NCBI GenBank assembly: GCA_927405585.1 | Contig: CAKMJS010000060.1 | Coordinates: 14,883-78,882 of the forward strand | Source: an uncultured Desulfosporosinus sp. | Lineage (GTDB): Bacteria; Bacillota; Desulfitobacteriia; Desulfitobacteriales; Desulfitobacteriaceae | Reading direction: 5' to 3' | DNA: 64,000 nt | Part shown: positions 54,115-63,743 of the stretch, piece by piece | How the letters are laid out: the number at the start of each line of letters is the position of its first letter | Numbering within the stretch: the first letter of the stretch is position 1 | The notes under the pieces: generated by a model | Told to the model about the DNA's origin: nothing | The model's input: only the letters and a program-made list of their open reading frames with translations | The model's database searches: none | Made by a program: the position numbers and the translations under genes

Positions 54115-54989
54115 GGATGGATATCTTTATGAACCTAACCTTGAGCGGGCTTTCGACCGGCATGATGATTTTCCTGCTAGCATCTGGGCTCTCACTAATC
54201 TTTGGCTTAATGGGTGTTCTCAATTTTGCTCACGGAAGCATCTTTATGTGGGGAGCTTATAGCGGGGTATGGATCTACTTTCGTACTCAAAGTTTCATTA
54301 TGGCAATCCTTGTCGGAATGATCATGGGAATGGCCTTAGGGTGGTTGGCGGAACGTACGATCATTCGACGAGTCTATGGTCGGCATATCGACCAGATACT
54401 GATCACGACAGGACTAATGCTTGTCTTAAACGAAGTGCTTAAAGCAGTTTTTGGTCCTAATATTATAGCAGTGCAAATCCCACCTCTGTTAGCTGGTAGC
54501 TGGGAACTAGGCGGAATTATCATCGTCAAGTACCGTGTCTTTACAATTTTCGTTGGATTAGTCGTGGCAGCGGCAGTTCACCTTATTCTGACTCGTACCA
54601 GAGTAGGCATGATAGTCCGGGCAGGTGTACAGAACCAGGAGATGGTACAAGTACTGGGGATTAATATCCGACAGGTGTTTAGTTTAGTTTTCATGTTCGG
54701 TGCTGGTCTGGCTGCTTTGGGCGGAGTAATGATGGCCCCTGCTATTGGGTCGATCAATCCCAACATGGGTCTTGAAAACCAGATGTTGGCCTTTATCGTT
54801 GTAGTAATTGGCGGTATGGGAAGTATTCTTGGTTCTGCCTTGGCGAGTGTTCTGGTGGGTCTGGCCGGCGTTTACACAGCCTGGTTTCTTCCTGAGGCCG
54901 CCTTGGCCGTCAACGTTTTGTTTATGACGGTTGTACTGTTAATCAAGCCGAGCGGGTTATTCGGCATGGGGGGTGGACGAAATAGCTAA
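54111..54989 (+). CDS. ABC permease, LivH-like
   Basis: GLSLIFGLMGVLNFAHG, VVVIGGMGS. Confidence 0.92.
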   Translation: MRMDIFMNLTLSGLSTGMMIFLLASGLSLIFGLMGVLNFAHGSIFMWGAYSGVWIYFRTQSFIMAILVGMIMGMALGWLAERTIIRRVYGRHIDQILITTGLMLVLNEVLKAVFGPNIIAVQIPPLLAGSWELGGIIIVKYRVFTIFVGLVVAAAVHLILTRTRVGMIVRAGVQNQEMVQVLGINIRQVFSLVFMFGAGLAALGGVMMAPAIGSINPNMGLENQMLAFIVVVIGGMGSILGSALASVLVGLAGVYTAWFLPEAALAVNVLFMTVVLLIKPSGLFGMGGGRNS

Positions 54990-55983
54990 TTTAAAGCTAC
55001 TTAAGAAGGCGGAATGGCTACGTCCAGGGAAGTTTCTTGCCTCATCATCGTGGGTACTCATGGTACTGGTACTAATTTTGGCCGTTGTTCCTTTAATGAC
55101 GTCCTCTAGGACGACACTTAACCTCTGGACAGAAATATATATTTTAGGTGTTTTTGCGATGAGCTATGACATTCTCCTAGGGTATACTGGGATTGTTTCG
55201 TTTGGGCATGCCTTGTTCTTTGGGACTGGCGCCTATATGACCGGAATTATTATTAAAAATACCGGGCCTACCCTAAGCAATCTTTTGCTGGCTGTAGTGG
55301 GAACAATTTTCTTAGCGGTGGTCATTTCCTTGATCATCGGTTACCTGTCTTTGCGAGTTAAAGATGTCTATTACGCCATGATTACCCTTGCCTTTGCTGA
55401 ACTCTTTTTTATTAGCGCCGAGAAGTGGCGCAGCGTCACCAATGGTGCCGACGGTTTTAGCTTCCAAGTGCCTGCTTTTCTTCAAGACAGGTACGTGTTC
55501 TACTATGGGATCTTGGCCTTTTTAGTGTTAGTCGTTCTTCTCCTCCGGCGTTTCATCGACTCTCCCGTCGGCAGAGTGCTTCAAGCGATCAGGGAAAACG
55601 AAAAACGAGCAGAATTCTTAGGCTATGATGTTCTGAAATTCAAACTTATTTCCACAGTCGTAGCCGGAGTGGTAGCCAGCTTGGCTGGTATAGCCTGGGC
55701 CTTACAGCAACGCTTTGTGAGCACGGGCGTGATGGCCGTGGATAAAACGATTGATGCGTTGCTGATGACGACTATTGGAGGTGCAGGTACACTTTACGGT
55801 GCTCTGCTCGGTTCAGGTCTAACGACGTTAGCGAAACACCGTTTGGGGGATCTAGCCAAAATTCACCCGATTTTCGAGCGCTGGTACATTATCTTTGGTC
55901 TATTGTACATAATGATCGTCCTCTTCTTTCCCGGAGGAATCATAGGTACGTGGAAGCGTATCTGGAACAAAAAAATCACATGA
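54973..55983 (+). CDS. ABC permease, LivM-like
   Basis: GYTGIVSFGHA, TNGADG, ENEKRAEFLG, IGGAGTLYG. Confidence 0.92.
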   Translation: MDEIANLKLLKKAEWLRPGKFLASSSWVLMVLVLILAVVPLMTSSRTTLNLWTEIYILGVFAMSYDILLGYTGIVSFGHALFFGTGAYMTGIIIKNTGPTLSNLLLAVVGTIFLAVVISLIIGYLSLRVKDVYYAMITLAFAELFFISAEKWRSVTNGADGFSFQVPAFLQDRYVFYYGILAFLVLVVLLLRRFIDSPVGRVLQAIRENEKRAEFLGYDVLKFKLISTVVAGVVASLAGIAWALQQRFVSTGVMAVDKTIDALLMTTIGGAGTLYGALLGSGLTTLAKHRLGDLAKIHPIFERWYIIFGLLYIMIVLFFPGGIIGTWKRIWNKKIT

Positions 55984-56020
55984 TTCTTGTGTTATCAAAC
56001 TAATTGGAGGTGAAGGGTAT

Positions 56021-56761
56021 ATGCGTCTTAAGGATAAAGTTGCTATCATTACCGGCGGTGCTAGAGGTATCGGAAAAGAAGCCGGACTCCTTTTTTTGAG
56101 GGAAGGAGCACGTGTGGTTGTTGCTGACTTTGATGGTTCCGCTGGTGAGGCTCTGGAAAAGGAAATCCGCGAACTGGGCGGTGAAGGTTACTTCTATCAA
56201 GTTGATGTGACAGACAGAAATCAAACTCAAGCGATGGTAGACAACGTCATGGAACGATTCGGACGGGTAGATATCCTGATTAATAATGCAGGAATCACCC
56301 GGGACGGTATTTTAACAAAATTAAACCAAGAAGAGTGGAATCAGGTAATCGCTGTCAACCTCACAGGAGTGTTTAATTGTACGCAGGCTGTGGTCCAAGT
56401 AATGGTTAGTCAAGGGTACGGGCGTGTGATTAACGCTTCATCCGTGGTCGGTCTATATGGTAATTATGGGCAGACCAACTACGCTGCGACTAAAGCCGGA
56501 GTGATTGGAATGACCAAGTCTTGGGCTAAGGAGTTAGGGCGAAAGGGCATTACGGTCAATGCCGTGGCACCGGGTTTTATAGTTACGGATATGACGACGA
56601 AGGTTCCAGAGAAGATTCTTAAGATAATGCAGGAGAAGACTCCAGTTGGACGTTTAGGCCAACCGCAAGATGTAGCTCAGGCTTATCTCTTCTTGGCCTC
56701 GGATGAAGCGAGTTACATTAATGGAGCAATCCTTAATGTAGATGGTGGATTAGTGTTGTAA
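56021..56761 (+). CDS. fabG: SDR oxidoreductase, FabG/PhaB-like
   Basis: TGGARGIG, NNAGITRD, YAATK, VNAVAPG. Confidence 0.85.
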   Translation: MRLKDKVAIITGGARGIGKEAGLLFLREGARVVVADFDGSAGEALEKEIRELGGEGYFYQVDVTDRNQTQAMVDNVMERFGRVDILINNAGITRDGILTKLNQEEWNQVIAVNLTGVFNCTQAVVQVMVSQGYGRVINASSVVGLYGNYGQTNYAATKAGVIGMTKSWAKELGRKGITVNAVAPGFIVTDMTTKVPEKILKIMQEKTPVGRLGQPQDVAQAYLFLASDEASYINGAILNVDGGLVL

Positions 56762-56767
56762 GGGAGG

Positions 56768-58369
56768 TTGATAATTGTGAGCTCTGATGCTTGGGAATGG
56801 ATTGGAGATTCTATCGGCCGACGAGCGATGCTTGACCCGAAGCGGGAAGCCATCGTCGATTTGGATACGGGTGTTCGGTATAGCTATGGTGATCTAAATG
56901 ATCGAGCCAACAGATTAGCTAACTATTTAGCGGAACAATTTCAGGTCGAAAAAGGGGATAGAGTAGCGATTATCTCCAGAAACAGGGTGGAAATGTTTGA
57001 TGTTTTGTTGGCCTGCGGGAAATTAGGAGCAATTTTTGTTCCTTACAATGTTCGGTTGGCGTCGGATGAGTTAGCGAAGCTGATCGACAATGAGCAACCC
57101 AAAGTCTTGTTTTATGAAGGACTATTGGGTGTCACAGTCCAACAATTGAGGACGAAGCTCTCATTACTCAAACATTACGTCATCTTAGCGGATGAAAAAC
57201 AGAGCGAAGAAGATACCCCGTATGGATATTTAATCAACTATTTGAACGACAGTCCAAGGAATTGCACAGGATTAGAATTAGAAGATATCTACTTGTTAAT
57301 TCATACCGGGGGCACCACGGGGCTTCCTAAAGGAGCCATGATATCGCACAGAGCAGTGATGTATAACCAATTTAATAATATTTTGGATTGGGGGATAACC
57401 AAGGACAAAACCTACCATGTCCTCTTACCTTTATTCCATACCGGTGGCTGGAATCTGTTAACCTTGGCTCATTTGATGGTGGGAGGGCGCGTATTAATTA
57501 ACCGATCCTTTGATCCTAAACTTACTTTAAAAGTCATAACAGACTACCAACCGAACTACGTTTTTGGAGCGGCGACCATTTTTAGAATGATGACGGAACA
57601 AGCAGACTTTGATAATACCGATTGGTCTTCCGTAGAATGGGTGATGTCAGGAGCAGCTCCTACACCGGTGCAATTAATGGAGAAGTTCTGGGAAAAAGGA
57701 CTTAAGATGTGCCTCGGGTATGGCTTAACTGAAGGCGGTCCAACTAATTTGTGTATTCCAGTAGATTTTATGGATTTAGTAGAACTCAAAGAAAAGCACG
57801 ACTCGGTGGGAAAGCCGTTTTCCTTTACTGTTGCCAAAATTGTGGATGAAGACGAACAAGAAGTCGGAGTAGAGCAAGTGGGAGAATTAATATTTAGCGG
57901 TCCTCAGATCTTCTCTGGATATTGGCGTAATGAAGAAGAGTCTAGAAAAACCTTGCAGAACGGTTGGGTCCATACCGGTGACATGGCAAAGATTGATAAA
58001 GATGGCTTCTACTATATTGTAGGCAGAAAGAAGAACATGTATATCAGCGGGGGCGAAAATGTATTTCCTCCGGAAATTGAAACGTCAATTTATCAAATCC
58101 CAGAGGTTCATGAGTGTTGTGTGATCGGGGTATCTGATCCTAAATGGGGAGAAGTAGGCAAGGCAATCATCGCCTTTAAACCAGGCAAGGTTGTTTCCAA
58201 GGAACAGGTGCTTGATTTTTTAAAAACGCGGCTTGCTTCCTATAAAGTCCCGAAATATGTCATCTCCGTCAAGGAAATTCCTAAAAATTCAGTAGGTAAA
58301 ATTGTGCTCCAAGAAGTGGTTCATTTATACGGGAAGCCTCAAGATAATCAAGAGGGGGTGGAAAAGTGA
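56768..58369 (+). CDS. Acyl-CoA synthetase (AMP-forming), copy 2
   Basis: HTGGTTGLPKG, FHTGGWN, GYGLTE, HTGDMA, SGGENVFP. Confidence 0.92.
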   Translation: MIIVSSDAWEWIGDSIGRRAMLDPKREAIVDLDTGVRYSYGDLNDRANRLANYLAEQFQVEKGDRVAIISRNRVEMFDVLLACGKLGAIFVPYNVRLASDELAKLIDNEQPKVLFYEGLLGVTVQQLRTKLSLLKHYVILADEKQSEEDTPYGYLINYLNDSPRNCTGLELEDIYLLIHTGGTTGLPKGAMISHRAVMYNQFNNILDWGITKDKTYHVLLPLFHTGGWNLLTLAHLMVGGRVLINRSFDPKLTLKVITDYQPNYVFGAATIFRMMTEQADFDNTDWSSVEWVMSGAAPTPVQLMEKFWEKGLKMCLGYGLTEGGPTNLCIPVDFMDLVELKEKHDSVGKPFSFTVAKIVDEDEQEVGVEQVGELIFSGPQIFSGYWRNEEESRKTLQNGWVHTGDMAKIDKDGFYYIVGRKKNMYISGGENVFPPEIETSIYQIPEVHECCVIGVSDPKWGEVGKAIIAFKPGKVVSKEQVLDFLKTRLASYKVPKYVISVKEIPKNSVGKIVLQEVVHLYGKPQDNQEGVEK

Positions 58370-59454
58370 AGAACGTAAAGAAAAGTGAACCCATTGGGTT
58401 AAGAAATATTGGTGTGTACTATCCGGATATGGTTGTCACAAGTCAAGAAATTGCCGAACAAAGTGGTATTCCGGAAGCTGTGATCAAGGAAAAATTCGGC
58501 ATAGAATCCAAACTCAAGGCATCACCAGGCGAGAATGTTTCAGATATGTGTGTCAAGGCGGCTCAAAACTGTCTTCAGGGAATTCTTAAGCCCGATGAGC
58601 TTGATCTAATTATTTATCACGGGAGTGAATATCGAGACTATTTTCTCTACAATTGTGCGGCTCATATTCAACATAAACTGGGTGCTAAGAAGGCCAATGT
58701 TTTTCAACTAAGTAACTTGTGTGCCTCAGGTCCGCTCGCTTTAGAAGTTGCGAAAGCCTTAATGATGGTCCATCCAGAAATGAAGAATGTGTTACTGGTC
58801 ACGGGCACAAGAGAATCAGATCTTGTGGACTACAGAAATGAACGGGCCAGGTTTATGTTTAATTTTGCAGACGGGGCAGCAGCTTGCTTATTGCAAAGGG
58901 GTTATAACAGGAATGAACTATTGGAGACGAAAATGATCACCGATGGGAGTTTTGCTTCAGACGTCGCGGTTTATGGTGTAGGAAACATTAGTTATCACAC
59001 CCATCTGCCGATTGAACTTGACTTTTTAAAAGCTGAAAAAGCGAAAGAGGATGGAAAACCTGTTGGTTATTACGGTTTAGACGTTGCGGACCCCGTATCG
59101 ATGAAAGAACGATTGGATGCAGTTTCTCTGGTTAATTTCTTAAAAGTAATCAATGGCGCAGCGGAAAAGAGTGGTTACAGCAAAAAGGATATTAAGTTTC
59201 TAGCCCCAATCTTTATGAAAAAGTCTATTTTACTATTTATTTTAGGACAGCTCGATATGAATATTGACCAATCGTTTATCCTTAAAAACTACGGTCATGT
59301 TCAATCGGCAGATGCCTATATTGCTCTCTATGAAGGACTCAAGTTAGGCCGTATACATGATGGTGATTTGGTAATCATGCTCGGTGCTGGGACTGGGTAC
59401 ACTTGGGCAGCAACAGCAGTTAAATGGGGGGAGAGAGAGGAGGTTGTCTTATGA
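58366..59454 (+). CDS. FabH/KAS III-like condensing enzyme with non-canonical triad
   Basis: NLCASG Cys; APIFMK and YGHVQ where FabH has HQAN and YGNT; GAGTGYTW tail. Confidence 0.8.
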   Translation: MKNVKKSEPIGLRNIGVYYPDMVVTSQEIAEQSGIPEAVIKEKFGIESKLKASPGENVSDMCVKAAQNCLQGILKPDELDLIIYHGSEYRDYFLYNCAAHIQHKLGAKKANVFQLSNLCASGPLALEVAKALMMVHPEMKNVLLVTGTRESDLVDYRNERARFMFNFADGAAACLLQRGYNRNELLETKMITDGSFASDVAVYGVGNISYHTHLPIELDFLKAEKAKEDGKPVGYYGLDVADPVSMKERLDAVSLVNFLKVINGAAEKSGYSKKDIKFLAPIFMKKSILLFILGQLDMNIDQSFILKNYGHVQSADAYIALYEGLKLGRIHDGDLVIMLGAGTGYTWAATAVKWGEREEVVL

Positions 59455-60065
59455 AGGTGATTGGCTTTAATGGAAGTCCTCGAGAAAAAGGAAATACTGA
59501 GTTTTTAGTTGAGACTGCACTTGAACAACTTCGGAAGCTTGGGTTTGAGACAGAGCTTATACGATTGGGCGATAAGAAAATTGAACAGTGTAGCGGTTGC
59601 TATTCGTGTGTTAAAACTAAAGAATGTAGTATCAATGATGACTTTCCTCAAATATTCCAAAAAATGATTGAGGCGGATGGGATAATCCTAGGTTCTCCGG
59701 TCTATCATGCCTCCATCACACCGAATCTGAAAGCGGTGCTGGATAGAGCTGGATTTCTTGGGCGTTGGGTTGTGAATGATATGAAAGCCGAAGACTCTAC
59801 CTACCAATGGAAGGGGACGGCTTTTTCGGGGAAAGTGGTTGCACCCATTACGGTAGCCAGAAGGGCCGGGCAAACATTTGCTTTTGCCCAGTTGCTTCTT
59901 TGGGCGACGGTAAACGACACCATCGTGGTGGGTTCTAACTACTGGAACGTTGGGGTTGCAGGTAAGGGTGGTATATTGGATGCTGATCAGGATGCGGAAG
60001 GAATAGGGGTTATAACCCACATGGCAGACAATATGGCGCATGTACTGAAACAATTGAAGAAATGA
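59451..60065 (+). CDS. Iron-sulfur flavoprotein (Isf)-like flavodoxin family protein
   Basis: NGSPREKGNT, CSGCYSC...CSINDD, GSPVY. Confidence 0.85.
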   Translation: MKVIGFNGSPREKGNTEFLVETALEQLRKLGFETELIRLGDKKIEQCSGCYSCVKTKECSINDDFPQIFQKMIEADGIILGSPVYHASITPNLKAVLDRAGFLGRWVVNDMKAEDSTYQWKGTAFSGKVVAPITVARRAGQTFAFAQLLLWATVNDTIVVGSNYWNVGVAGKGGILDADQDAEGIGVITHMADNMAHVLKQLKK

Positions 60066-60124
60066 GAGGGGTACCACTCTCACTTGGAGAAGTGGGACGA
60101 TGAATATAAAGGAGGGGAAATATT

Positions 60125-61972
60125 ATGTGGAAAAAATATCGAGTATTAAGCATGATGTTGGTGGTCTTCCTCTTATTGATGACGGCTCCTTTGGTTCTTG
60201 CCCATACTGTATCTCAGACATGGGGCGCGGCCAACGAAGGGACTGGGCTGATCTTTAACACGCCGGTGGCTATGGCTAGAGATTCTGCAGGTATGATCTA
60301 CGTTGCTGATATGGCCAATCACAGGATTGTAAAAATCAATCAAAGTGGGTCTGTTCTGAATAAATTTGGGTCATTAGGTTCCAGTAATGGTCAGTTTAAC
60401 ACCCCTTTCGGAGTTGCCATTGATAACTATGGTAACATTTTGGTAGCTGACACGGCCAATTACCGGATCCAGAAGTTTGACTCCAACTGGAATTTTATCA
60501 GAGCTTGGGGGACGAAAGGTTCAAATCCTGGTCAATTCGGTCTTGCTCGAGAAATCAGCGTTGACAGTCAAAACCGTTACCATATTGTCGACGAGTTTAA
60601 TAACAGAATCCAAGTGTTTGATGAAAACGGCACCTACCTTTATACCTATGGTGGCATGGGTACAGCCAACGGGGAGTTCCGGCTCCCTCAAGGAATTTCA
60701 ATTAAGCAAAGCGTCACCGGCGATAAGGTCTACATCGCTGATACTTATAACAATAGGGTTCAGGTCCTCGATGTAAATGGAAACTATATTACACAACTAG
60801 GGGACGGCATCCAGGGTGATAGTGGTACAAGATTCTTCCATCCTAGGGGGGTAAGCATCGATACAAACGGAGATGTTTATATTGTTGACACCTTCAACCA
60901 CAAAATTAAGAAATATAACAGCAGCCACGTCTACAGCTGGTCAACCAGCATAGGGGTTGTTCGACTGGAACCCTGTTTCCCTAATCAGGTGATACCATTG
61001 GGTGACGGGAGTCGTTTCATTGTTTCTGATACCGGCAACAGCCAGTTAATCAAATACCGCGGCTATTCAACTTACGCCTCTGTTGAACAGCATATCGGGG
61101 CCGACCGGAAGGCCAATAAAGTCTTTTCCGAGAGTGTCAGCTCTGCGGTTGACAGTGCTGGTAATGTTTATATTTCTGATACCTTCAACCACAGGATCCA
61201 GAAATTTGACAGCAACGGCAACCTTCTTGCTAAATGGGGCGGTAACAGTGGCGGAGGTGGACCTGAGGCTTACGGGTCCTACTACTGGCAGTTCATTACT
61301 CCCAAGCAGGTCTGGTATGACAAGAAGTATGACGATATCTACATTGCAGATACAGGAAATAACCGAATTCAGGTGTTCACGCCCGGCGGAACTTGGCTTA
61401 TGAACTTCGGTTATTATAACCTTCTCCTGCCCATGGGTGTCTGTACTACCAGTGATGGCAACATCTACGTATCCGATACGGGTCATAACAGGATAGTTAA
61501 GTATAATGCTTTCGGCTATTACGTGAGCAGCTTTGGCAGTGAAGGCATGGGTAACGGCCAGTTCAGGGGGCCAAGTTATATCGCGGCTGACTCTCTAAAC
61601 AATATATACGTGGCAGATAGGACTAACAATAGGGTTCAGAAGTTTGACAAATATGGTAACTTCATTGCCAAATGGGGCACTAACGGCGGCGTACCCATGG
61701 AAGATCCGCTGGAAAACTGGGGAGAGGCTGACGGCGACCTATTCCTGCCCATAGGTATCACCGTAGATAATGAGAACAATGTGTGGGTTGCCGACTCCTC
61801 TAATAACAGGATTCAAAAGTTTACTAACAATGGTGCTTTCCTTGAGAAAATCGGTAGCTTCAGCGGCACAGAGGGCAACTTCTTCTCACCTTGGGGAATA
61901 GCATTCGGTAACAACGGAGAAATGTATGTCACTGATGCGCTGCTGAATAGGGTAACGAAATTTGTCCCTTAA
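60125..61972 (+). CDS. Secreted NHL-repeat (beta-propeller) protein
   Basis: Signal peptide (VLA-H); about 12 repeats of GxFxxPxGI...YVADTxNxRIQKF. Confidence 0.9.
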   Translation: MWKKYRVLSMMLVVFLLLMTAPLVLAHTVSQTWGAANEGTGLIFNTPVAMARDSAGMIYVADMANHRIVKINQSGSVLNKFGSLGSSNGQFNTPFGVAIDNYGNILVADTANYRIQKFDSNWNFIRAWGTKGSNPGQFGLAREISVDSQNRYHIVDEFNNRIQVFDENGTYLYTYGGMGTANGEFRLPQGISIKQSVTGDKVYIADTYNNRVQVLDVNGNYITQLGDGIQGDSGTRFFHPRGVSIDTNGDVYIVDTFNHKIKKYNSSHVYSWSTSIGVVRLEPCFPNQVIPLGDGSRFIVSDTGNSQLIKYRGYSTYASVEQHIGADRKANKVFSESVSSAVDSAGNVYISDTFNHRIQKFDSNGNLLAKWGGNSGGGGPEAYGSYYWQFITPKQVWYDKKYDDIYIADTGNNRIQVFTPGGTWLMNFGYYNLLLPMGVCTTSDGNIYVSDTGHNRIVKYNAFGYYVSSFGSEGMGNGQFRGPSYIAADSLNNIYVADRTNNRVQKFDKYGNFIAKWGTNGGVPMEDPLENWGEADGDLFLPIGITVDNENNVWVADSSNNRIQKFTNNGAFLEKIGSFSGTEGNFFSPWGIAFGNNGEMYVTDALLNRVTKFVP

Positions 61973-62015
61973 ATGATTTCAAATTAATAGTGTACTCGAT
62001 TGGAAAAAAGGTGTC

Positions 62016-62070
62016 AAAAGGGGCTGTCTCAAAATAGAAATTAAATTTCTATGAAGAGGCAGTCCCTTTT
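62016..62070 (+). terminator. Terminator hairpin
   Basis: AAAAGGGGCTGTCTC...GAGGCAGTCCCTTTT. Confidence 0.65.
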
Positions 62071-62161
62071 CTGTGTAAACTTCCATGAACCTACCGGTTC
62101 ACAGGGATGGCCGAAATGGGCGCACTAAAATAATAGTACTATCATCCATCCCCCCGTCAAC

Positions 62162-62190
62162 AAAGCCCGATCACAAACGTGATCGGGCTT
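62162..62190 (-). terminator. Terminator of the AI-2E gene
   Basis: AAGCCCGATCAC-AAAC-GTGATCGGGCTT perfect stem. Confidence 0.75.
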
Positions 62191-62198
62191 AAAGTCTC

Positions 62199-63368
62199 CT
62201 ACTTGTCCATATAATCGTTCGTGTCCACAGGGAGTCCCTTGGCTTTCAAGCGCACCTCTACAATCTCTTTGATGATGGAGTAGATAAGCACAAAGAGCGG
62301 GACACCGATGATCAGGCCGATAAATCCGAAGAACTTACCACCTAGAAGGATGGCAAAGAGAATCCAGAAAGCTGAGATACCTAGGGAATCTCCAAGAATT
62401 TTCGGTCCGATGACATTCCCGTCCAGCTGCTGAATGAGAAAGATGATGATCAGGAACCAGAAAGCCATGGTTGGGGATTCGAAGAAGATGATGATAATCG
62501 CAGGTACAGCTCCAATGAAGGGACCGAAGAAAGGGATGATGTTAGTTACGCCGATGATGAAAGAAACCAGTAGCGTGTAGGGCATATCTACGATGGAGAG
62601 AATAATGAAGGTTAAAACTCCAATAATCAAGGAGTCAAGGATCTTTCCACCAAGGAAATTACTGAAGATTGTTTGCGTGCGTCTTAAAATAACGAGGATT
62701 TCGTCGGCAATCTTTACGTCGAAGACACCATAGTTGATTTTCTTTGCCAGACTAATGAACCGCTCTTTTTCGGCAAGCATGTAGATCGAAATGATGATGC
62801 CAAGAAATAAGTTCCAAACAGAGAGGGCGGTGCTTCCAAGGAACGAAATCGCAATGGGGACTAGGTCCCGCGCAATGTCACTGCTAAAGACCGCCAGCTC
62901 GTCTAAGCGATGATTGATGAAACCAACGATTTCAGGTGGAAGATGAATATCATTATATAGATCTTTGATGTATTCCGTCGAGGAGCGGACATAGTCCGGG
63001 GTGTTCCGGATAAGCCCAGAGATGCTTTCGAAAAGCTGCGGGAAAATGAAGGCGATAAAGAGATACACAAGAAAACTGGAAAACAGATAAGCTAGGAGAA
63101 GAGACAGGATATGGAATCGAGATTCTTTCATTTTTTTAAGCAATGAAATCTTCGCCAAATGCTTTTTAAAGAAGTTTAAAAGGAAGTTCACAAGGTAGGC
63201 GATGACGAACCCGTAGATAAAAGGGTAGAGTGCGGAAAAATAACCACCCACTACTTGGTTGAACTTGTCTAATCCCGACATAATCAGAAAGAACAGGATG
63301 CTGGAAGCAATGACAATGAAGCTGTACATCGCGATGGTATTATATTTCCGATTCCAATTGATTTCCAC
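62199..63368 (-). CDS. AI-2E (UPF0118) family transporter
   Basis: YPFIYGFVIAYLVN, NIIPFFGPFIG, QQLDGNVIGPKILG; GTG start after GGAGGGG. Confidence 0.92.
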   Translation of the reverse strand: MEINWNRKYNTIAMYSFIVIASSILFFLIMSGLDKFNQVVGGYFSALYPFIYGFVIAYLVNFLLNFFKKHLAKISLLKKMKESRFHILSLLLAYLFSSFLVYLFIAFIFPQLFESISGLIRNTPDYVRSSTEYIKDLYNDIHLPPEIVGFINHRLDELAVFSSDIARDLVPIAISFLGSTALSVWNLFLGIIISIYMLAEKERFISLAKKINYGVFDVKIADEILVILRRTQTIFSNFLGGKILDSLIIGVLTFIILSIVDMPYTLLVSFIIGVTNIIPFFGPFIGAVPAIIIIFFESPTMAFWFLIIIFLIQQLDGNVIGPKILGDSLGISAFWILFAILLGGKFFGFIGLIIGVPLFVLIYSIIKEIVEVRLKAKGLPVDTNDYMDK

Positions 63369-63589
63369 AGTACCCCTCCATCTAACTCGTAGATTTCGTC
63401 GTAATTTGACAAATGTTTTGTCCAAGCCACATTAGCATATTACTACTGAATCCTTTAAGCAAGCCATATCTCGTCAATAAACACAGTTATGTATAATTAT
63501 AACACAAATTATATAAAAACATCATCCAATCTAAGACATCGGCTTCTACATTATATTCAGTGTGTATTAAGTGTGTTTTATGTAAAAAT

Positions 63590-63624
63590 AAAGCAGCCAA
63601 TCTCTCCCCGAAGATTAGCTGCTT
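63590..63624. terminator. Hairpin of the AAGCAGCTAATCT family
   Basis: AAAGCAGCCAATCT...AGATTAGCTGCTT. Confidence 0.55.
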
Positions 63625-63669
63625 AACGTAACAGTTATCTCTATGTTTATAATGAAATAATGTCTTGAG

Positions 63670-63711
63670 AAAAGGGCAGTTGAACCAATATGATTGGTCT
63701 CGACTGCCCTT
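63670..63711 (-). terminator. Terminator after the permease
   Basis: AAGGGCAGT...ACCAAT/ATTGGT...ACTGCCCT. Confidence 0.65.
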
Positions 63712-63743
63712 AGTTACTAAAGAAGCAAGATGAGAGTAAATCT

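Noticed and set aside
62150-62195. IS200/IS605 end (GTCAAC followed by a hairpin)
   Set aside because: No tnpA/tnpB/iscB nearby; position and strand fit the AI-2E terminator.
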